Shown in pieces: positions 57,410 through 62,062 of a stretch of DNA of 62,062 nucleotides. Every line of letters starts with the position of its first letter. Positions within the stretch are counted from its first letter, which is position 1. This DNA comes from an uncultured Coriobacteriaceae bacterium (GTDB taxonomy: Bacteria > Actinomycetota > Coriobacteriia > Coriobacteriales > QAMH01): positions 1-62,062 of the forward strand of contig CAYLYJ010000002.1 in assembly GCA_964388185.1 (NCBI GenBank), read 5' to 3'. Below the pieces are notes generated by a model. That model was not told the origin of the DNA. It did no database searches and saw only the letters and a list, made by a program, of their open reading frames with translations. The translations under genes and the position numbers were made by a program.

Positions 57410-60043
57410 ATGTCTGATCGACTGATTGCCGTCATCGACGGAAACTCGTTGCTCCACCGTGCGTTTCATGCGGTTCAATCGCCCATGAACGCACCTGATG
57501 GCACGCCAACCAATGCCGTCTTCGGCTTCATGCAGATGCTTTTGAAGATGATCGAGGACTACCATCCCGATGCCATTATCTGTGCCTGGGATGTGCATCG
57601 TCCCGACTGGCGCATGAAGCTTCTCGAGGCATACAAGGCACAGCGTCCGCCCATGGACGAGGCACTTGCCGTGCAGTTTCCCATCGTGCGTGGTTTGCTC
57701 GAGGCGATGAACATCCCGTGCGTCGCGATGGACGGCTACGAAGGTGATGACATCCTGGGCACCATGGCTGCGCGCGGCGAGGCCAACGGCGATCGCGTTT
57801 TCCTCATCACCGGCGACAAGGATGCCTACCAGCTCGCGACCGATACCACGAGCATCGTGACGACGCGCAAGGGCATGTCCGATGTAGTCATCTACACGCC
57901 TGAGAAGGTTGTTGAGCGCTATGGCATTTCGCCCTCCCTCGTTCCCGATTTTCTCGGCCTCAAGGGCGATTCGAGTGACAACATTCCTGGTGTGCCCGGT
58001 GTGGGCGAGAAAACGGCAGCAAAATTGCTCGTCGAATGGGGTTCGCTCGATGATGTACTCGAGCATGCCGCCGAGATCAAGGGCAAGATGGGGGAGCGCA
58101 TTCGAGAACATGCGGAGGATGCACGCATCAGCCGTGCGGTTGCCACGATCAGGCGCGATGCGCCCGTCGAACTTTCCCTCGATGATGTCCATTTTCCGAG
58201 CTTCGCTGCGCAAGAGGTGAGTGAGGCCTTTGGTGCGCTGCACTTCAATCGCCATTTGCGTGCGGTGCTCGCCTTGCTGGGTGATGACGCGTCGACCGCC
58301 TCGGCTATGCCCCAGCCCAAGGTCAAGCTCAGCTATCACATGGCCCAAAACGCCGAGAGCTTCGTGAAGGCAGCGGTGCAGGCAGGCCGCAGGGTTGCCG
58401 TTGCTCTTGACGAGCCAGCCGAGCAATCGCTTTTCGCGCAAGAGCCTATGGTCGTTTTCTCTGACGGAGCGGGGCTTGCTGAGGCGTCGCTCGATGTGGC
58501 TGCGCCTCTTATTGGGCATATACTGGCCGAAGGTACCCTCGTGGGTATCGATATCAAGCGCTTGCTGCGCAAGGTGTTCACGCCGGGTCATCCCGCACAC
58601 GAGCTTGACGCGGTATTTTCTGCCCAGCTCTTCGATTGCAGTCTTGCAGCGTATCTACTCGATTCAAGCGGTAGCTATTTGACGAGCGAGCTTGCTGAGA
58701 AGTACCTCGACCTCATCAAACCGGTAGGCCAGGATGCACCGAGTGATGGACAATTTGAGGCGGCAGTTGCCGAAAGCCTGGTTGACATACTCACGGCCAA
58801 GCTCAAGGAAGACGATTCCTGGAATCTTTACTGTGACATTGAGCTGCGTCTCATGCCCGTCCTGCTCTCGATGGAGCGTTTTGGCGTCGCGATTGACGCG
58901 GGGGTGCTCAAAGACATTTCGACGGAGATTTCCGGGCACATCGAGGAGCTGCGCGCGCAAATCATCGAGCTGGCAGGAGAGGAGTTCAACATCGACTCAC
59001 CCAAGCAGCTTGGGCACATCCTCTTCGAAGTGCTCGGCTTGGACACGAAGAAGTCGAAGAAGAATCGCAATGGCTGGTCGACCAATGCCGCCGTGCTCGA
59101 GAAGCTGCGCGATGACCATCCGTTGCCGGACAAGGTCATCGAGTATCGCGAGCTTACTAAACTGCGCTCGACCTATCTCGACACCCTGCCGATGCTGGTC
59201 GATCGCGAAGACGGACGTATTCATACGAGCTTTAATCAGACGGTCACGACGACGGGCAGGCTTTCGTCATCGGACCCCAATTTGCAGAACATTCCCGTGC
59301 GCACCGAGCTCGGTCGTCGTATCCGCGAGGCCTTCGTCGCGCCAGAAGGCGGCGTGTTTCTCTCAGCCGACTACTCGCAAATCGAACTCAGGCTACTCGC
59401 GCACCTTTCAGGTGATGAAGGGCTCATCGATGCGTTCTTGAGCGGTGAGGACTTTCATGCCCATACGGCTTCCGATGTCTTCGGTGTATCGGTTGATGAG
59501 GTGACACCCGAGATGCGCAGCCGCGCTAAAGCGGTCAACTTCGGCATCGTTTATGGCCAGCAAGCGTTTGGCCTGGGCCAAACCTTGCATATTCCCATGG
59601 CCGAGGCACAGGAGATGATCGATCGCTATTACACCGCGTATCCGAAGGTGCGCCAGTATCTCGATGATGTGGTGGCCCAGGCGCACAAGGATGGTTATGC
59701 GACGACCATGTTCGGGCGCAAGCGTCACATTCCCGAGCTGCGTAGCTCGAACGTGAATCTACGTCATTTTGGCGAGCGTACGGCGATGAATCACCCCATG
59801 CAAGGCTCTGCGGCCGACATCATCAAGCTTGCGATGATTCAGGTTAACAAGCGTCGCCGTGAGGAAGGCCTGCATGCGCATATGGTCTTGCAGGTGCATG
59901 ACGAGCTCGACTTCGAGTGCCCGCTCGAAGAGGCCGATGCCATGGCTGCGCTTGTCGCCGATGTGATGGATAACGTGGTCGAGCTCAAAGTACCGCTCAT
60001 TGCCGATGTGCAGACCGGTCCCAACTGGGCGATTGCGCATTAG
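57410..60043 (+). CDS. polA: DNA polymerase I.
   Basis: ORF 57239..60043. The ATG at 57410 gives MSDRLIAVIDGNSLLHRAFHA (5'-nuclease N-terminus). Polymerase motifs are DYSQIELRLLAH, RSRAKAVNFGIVYG and QVHDEL. Confidence 0.95.
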   Translation: MSDRLIAVIDGNSLLHRAFHAVQSPMNAPDGTPTNAVFGFMQMLLKMIEDYHPDAIICAWDVHRPDWRMKLLEAYKAQRPPMDEALAVQFPIVRGLLEAMNIPCVAMDGYEGDDILGTMAARGEANGDRVFLITGDKDAYQLATDTTSIVTTRKGMSDVVIYTPEKVVERYGISPSLVPDFLGLKGDSSDNIPGVPGVGEKTAAKLLVEWGSLDDVLEHAAEIKGKMGERIREHAEDARISRAVATIRRDAPVELSLDDVHFPSFAAQEVSEAFGALHFNRHLRAVLALLGDDASTASAMPQPKVKLSYHMAQNAESFVKAAVQAGRRVAVALDEPAEQSLFAQEPMVVFSDGAGLAEASLDVAAPLIGHILAEGTLVGIDIKRLLRKVFTPGHPAHELDAVFSAQLFDCSLAAYLLDSSGSYLTSELAEKYLDLIKPVGQDAPSDGQFEAAVAESLVDILTAKLKEDDSWNLYCDIELRLMPVLLSMERFGVAIDAGVLKDISTEISGHIEELRAQIIELAGEEFNIDSPKQLGHILFEVLGLDTKKSKKNRNGWSTNAAVLEKLRDDHPLPDKVIEYRELTKLRSTYLDTLPMLVDREDGRIHTSFNQTVTTTGRLSSSDPNLQNIPVRTELGRRIREAFVAPEGGVFLSADYSQIELRLLAHLSGDEGLIDAFLSGEDFHAHTASDVFGVSVDEVTPEMRSRAKAVNFGIVYGQQAFGLGQTLHIPMAEAQEMIDRYYTAYPKVRQYLDDVVAQAHKDGYATTMFGRKRHIPELRSSNVNLRHFGERTAMNHPMQGSAADIIKLAMIQVNKRRREEGLHAHMVLQVHDELDFECPLEEADAMAALVADVMDNVVELKVPLIADVQTGPNWAIAH

Positions 60044-60064
60044 GACTCATGTAATTGCTTAAAG

Positions 60065-60128
60065 GCGGGGGGTGACAAGCGTCGGAGCTCCGAGACCCAG
60101 TCGCTCCGATCGCATGTCACCCCCCCGC
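60065..60128. terminator. Long imperfect hairpin in the convergent polA / zinc-ribbon gene spacer. Likely a bidirectional terminator.
   Basis: Arms are GCGGGGGGTGACA (60065-60077) and TGTCACCCCCCCGC (60115-60128, one extra C). Inner arms are GCGTCGGAGC and GCTCCGATCGC. Confidence 0.6.
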
Positions 60129-60222
60129 TTCATATGCGCAATGCAATTGCTTCTGCGCGAATGCCAGAAAGCCCGCCTCTTGCGCAGAGCGGCACGTTAA
60201 GCTTGACGATTGTTGGGGAAGG

Positions 60223-61737
60223 TTACCGAGTGCGCAGGCGGAGCCACTGGGCTGCACTCGGGCTCTGCTCGGCAATCGTCAGCAGGTTGTGCGCGGTGAT
60301 GTAGCCCGCACTGCCCGCCGGAAGTTCTCCACGCCATCCCTTATTGTGATACCAGCTACGCGCATTGAAGTACGCCTGCAACCCAGGGTTCCTGAAGCTG
60401 TAGCCCATGCGCGCGTACGGTTCGTTGCGCGCGATGCATAGCTCGGCGTCGTTGAGGCCGAGTGCGCGCAGCTCCGCAATGCTATAGGCCTTCTCGCTCG
60501 AGTTGGGGATGACGTAGCCATCATGCAGCCTGACCGTGCCCGTGAGCGTGCGTCCGTTGGAGGCAACCATGGAGACGTTGACGTTGCCGTTACTGACGCC
60601 GGGGCCATTCAGATTACTACCGCTCGAGCTGCCTGCGCCTGTGGAGCTGCCCGTATTGCTGTTTCCGCCACCAGAGCTACCGGATCCGCCAGACCCACCT
60701 GGACCTGCCGCGTTCGATGAACCCGAGCCCGAGCCTGAACCCGAACCCGATGTCGAGTTGCTCGAGCTGCTGCCGCTGGATGCCGAGCCGCTCGTTGCTC
60801 CGTTATCGGTGCTGGGGGTCGTTGCGTCTTGCGTTCCCGTCGACGAGGAGCCCGGAAGCGTGTTCGTGGCGCTCTCTTGTTTCCATTTGGCGTACAGGGT
60901 CATGTCCTGTGTGATGTCGACAGGGAAGCTGACTTCGTCGTTATAGTTGGCGTCGTAGTACCAGCCGTCAAAGACGTATCCAGGACGCGTTGGATTGGCG
61001 GGACGCTCAAGCTTGCCATTGTCGAGTATGTACTGGTTGCCGACGACGGTGCCGCCGTCAGTGTCGAAGCTCACCGTCTTCGTGTTGTTTGTCGGATTCG
61101 AGAAGAAGATGCCGAATGCCACGACGCAGCAGACGACGAGGAGGGCGACGATGATCGCGATGATGCGTTTTCTGTTGCCGCGGTTACTCGTGGTTGTCGC
61201 GGCATCATAACGTGCGTTGCGACGCGGACGGGGGGTTGGGCTCGTAGGTGCACTGGCACCCACTGCCGCTGCACTCGGCGCGGCGAGATCGTCGATGAGA
61301 ATTGGAGCGGTATCGCCTGGTGAGGGCTTGGTTGCAGTGTTGCTTTTGGCAGCGGCTGTCGAGGCTCGCTCCTCAGCGGGAATCTTGCCGGATTCGTTGG
61401 CGGGGCGCTTGATAGCGGGAATCCTGCCGGTGTTGCTGGTACTGCCGGTTCTGCGACGCGGAGTGGGGCCCTTGCCCGACGAGGCGTTTGCTCCTGCTAT
61501 TCCAGCGGCGTCATCCTGCACAGGGCTGTTGGACTCACGTTTGGGCACGCGCACTTCCCACGGACGCTCGATAGGCGCCTTCTCTTCGTGGCTCATATCG
61601 GATGGGAGTTTGATGACCTTACGGTTTGAGTTATGCTTTTCCTGCCTGCCGGCAACGGGCATCTCCATCGGAGAGCCGCACTCCGAGCAGAACTTAGCAC
61701 CGTGGATATTACTGAAACCGCATTTGGCGCAACGCAT
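60223..61737 (-). CDS. Zinc-ribbon membrane protein with a Listeria-Bacteroides-type repeat, a Ser/Gly-rich linker and a C-terminal YARHG domain.
   Basis: 504-aa ORF. The N-terminus is MRCAKCGFSNIHGAKFCSECG, with one TM segment (IIAIIVALLVVCCVVAFGIFF). Also contains PGYVFDGWYYD, an (SG)n tract and the C-terminal ELCIARNEPYARMGYSF. Confidence 0.7.
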   Translation of the reverse strand: MRCAKCGFSNIHGAKFCSECGSPMEMPVAGRQEKHNSNRKVIKLPSDMSHEEKAPIERPWEVRVPKRESNSPVQDDAAGIAGANASSGKGPTPRRRTGSTSNTGRIPAIKRPANESGKIPAEERASTAAAKSNTATKPSPGDTAPILIDDLAAPSAAAVGASAPTSPTPRPRRNARYDAATTTSNRGNRKRIIAIIVALLVVCCVVAFGIFFSNPTNNTKTVSFDTDGGTVVGNQYILDNGKLERPANPTRPGYVFDGWYYDANYNDEVSFPVDITQDMTLYAKWKQESATNTLPGSSSTGTQDATTPSTDNGATSGSASSGSSSSNSTSGSGSGSGSGSSNAAGPGGSGGSGSSGGGNSNTGSSTGAGSSSGSNLNGPGVSNGNVNVSMVASNGRTLTGTVRLHDGYVIPNSSEKAYSIAELRALGLNDAELCIARNEPYARMGYSFRNPGLQAYFNARSWYHNKGWRGELPAGSAGYITAHNLLTIAEQSPSAAQWLRLRTR

Positions 61738-62062
61738 TTTTGCTCCCCGTGTAATTGTTTAAACTGCGAGTAGAGCAGCATGTCCGTACATATACTTGAA
61801 CTTAGGTATTTTCCCTCAATTGCATACCGCATTTCAACCGGTATTTGCCCCGTTCTCAAAAAACATAATTGGACAGGATGTCCACGTGTTTATTCCCAAA
61901 CTTGCCGATGCGAAATCGGTATTATGAGGTACAATATAACGTTGCGTGCGGAATAGGCCGCACCATGATGTTTTTGTTGGCCCCGAGTAAAAAGCGTTCA
62001 CTACGACTTATTCGCGGGCCCCGAAGGAAGGGGTCCTCTTGAGCGTAATCAAGAATCCTACC

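Noticed and set aside
61738-62062. A possible leader and partial CDS at the right edge. It consists of a hairpin GTGCGG-AATAGG-CCGCAC at ~61945-61962, an RBS-like GAAGGAAGGGG, and a TTG at 62039 that opens MSVIKNPT.
   Set aside because: Only 8 codons are visible, and the promoter and hairpin signals are weak. This is not enough to call a gene or a regulatory RNA.

Overview
This 62-kb window comes from a high-GC Gram-positive genome. The protein repertoire suggests Actinomycetota, possibly Coriobacteriia, but that is inference only.

Most of the window (about 0.5-54 kb) is a cell-envelope glycopolymer locus:
- rmlA-rmlD-rmlC-rmlB for dTDP-rhamnose.
- A WecE-type dTDP-4-keto-6-deoxyhexose aminotransferase.
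- About ten glycosyltransferase genes, including three GT2 (polyprenyl-phosphate-type) modules with membrane partners.
- A MOP (Wzx-like) flippase, a Wzz-like co-polymerase and a LicD-family transferase.

Interleaved with these are nine secreted enzymes that all carry the same triple ~45-aa repeat (YRLYNPNSGEHFYT...GW.YEG.GW). They are two HExxH zincin proteases, two S8 subtilases, a GH73 glucosaminidase, an amidase_3, an L,D-transpeptidase, a CotH-like protein and an Ig-repeat protein.

The right end is housekeeping: hisI, glnA, an OmpR-family regulator with a degenerate receiver, vsr, polA and a zinc-ribbon/YARHG membrane protein.

Findings beyond ordinary annotation:
1. A family of 29-nt palindromes (ATGTGACAGGGG-N5-CCCCTGTCACAT) sits at six gene 3' ends as singlets, inverted pairs or arrays. 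In two cases the element supplies coding sequence or a stop codon.
2. An Arn-like gene set (aminotransferase, polyprenyl-P GT2, SDR, ATP-grasp, paired small EamA/SMR-like membrane proteins, ArnT/PMT-like GT-C) suggests extracytoplasmic amino-sugar decoration of a wall polymer.
3. Recombination signatures: a 1606-bp perfectly identical tandem repeat inside two glycosyltransferase paralogs, and a 397-bp identical anchor cassette shared by a subtilase and a metalloprotease.
4. A G6 homopolymer frameshift separates one protease from two of its three anchor repeats.
5. A ~170-bp imperfect palindrome fills the rmlD-rmlC spacer.

No rRNA, tRNA, CRISPR array, transposase or phage gene was recognised. 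All functional calls rest on motif and family recognition by eye; no database search was run.
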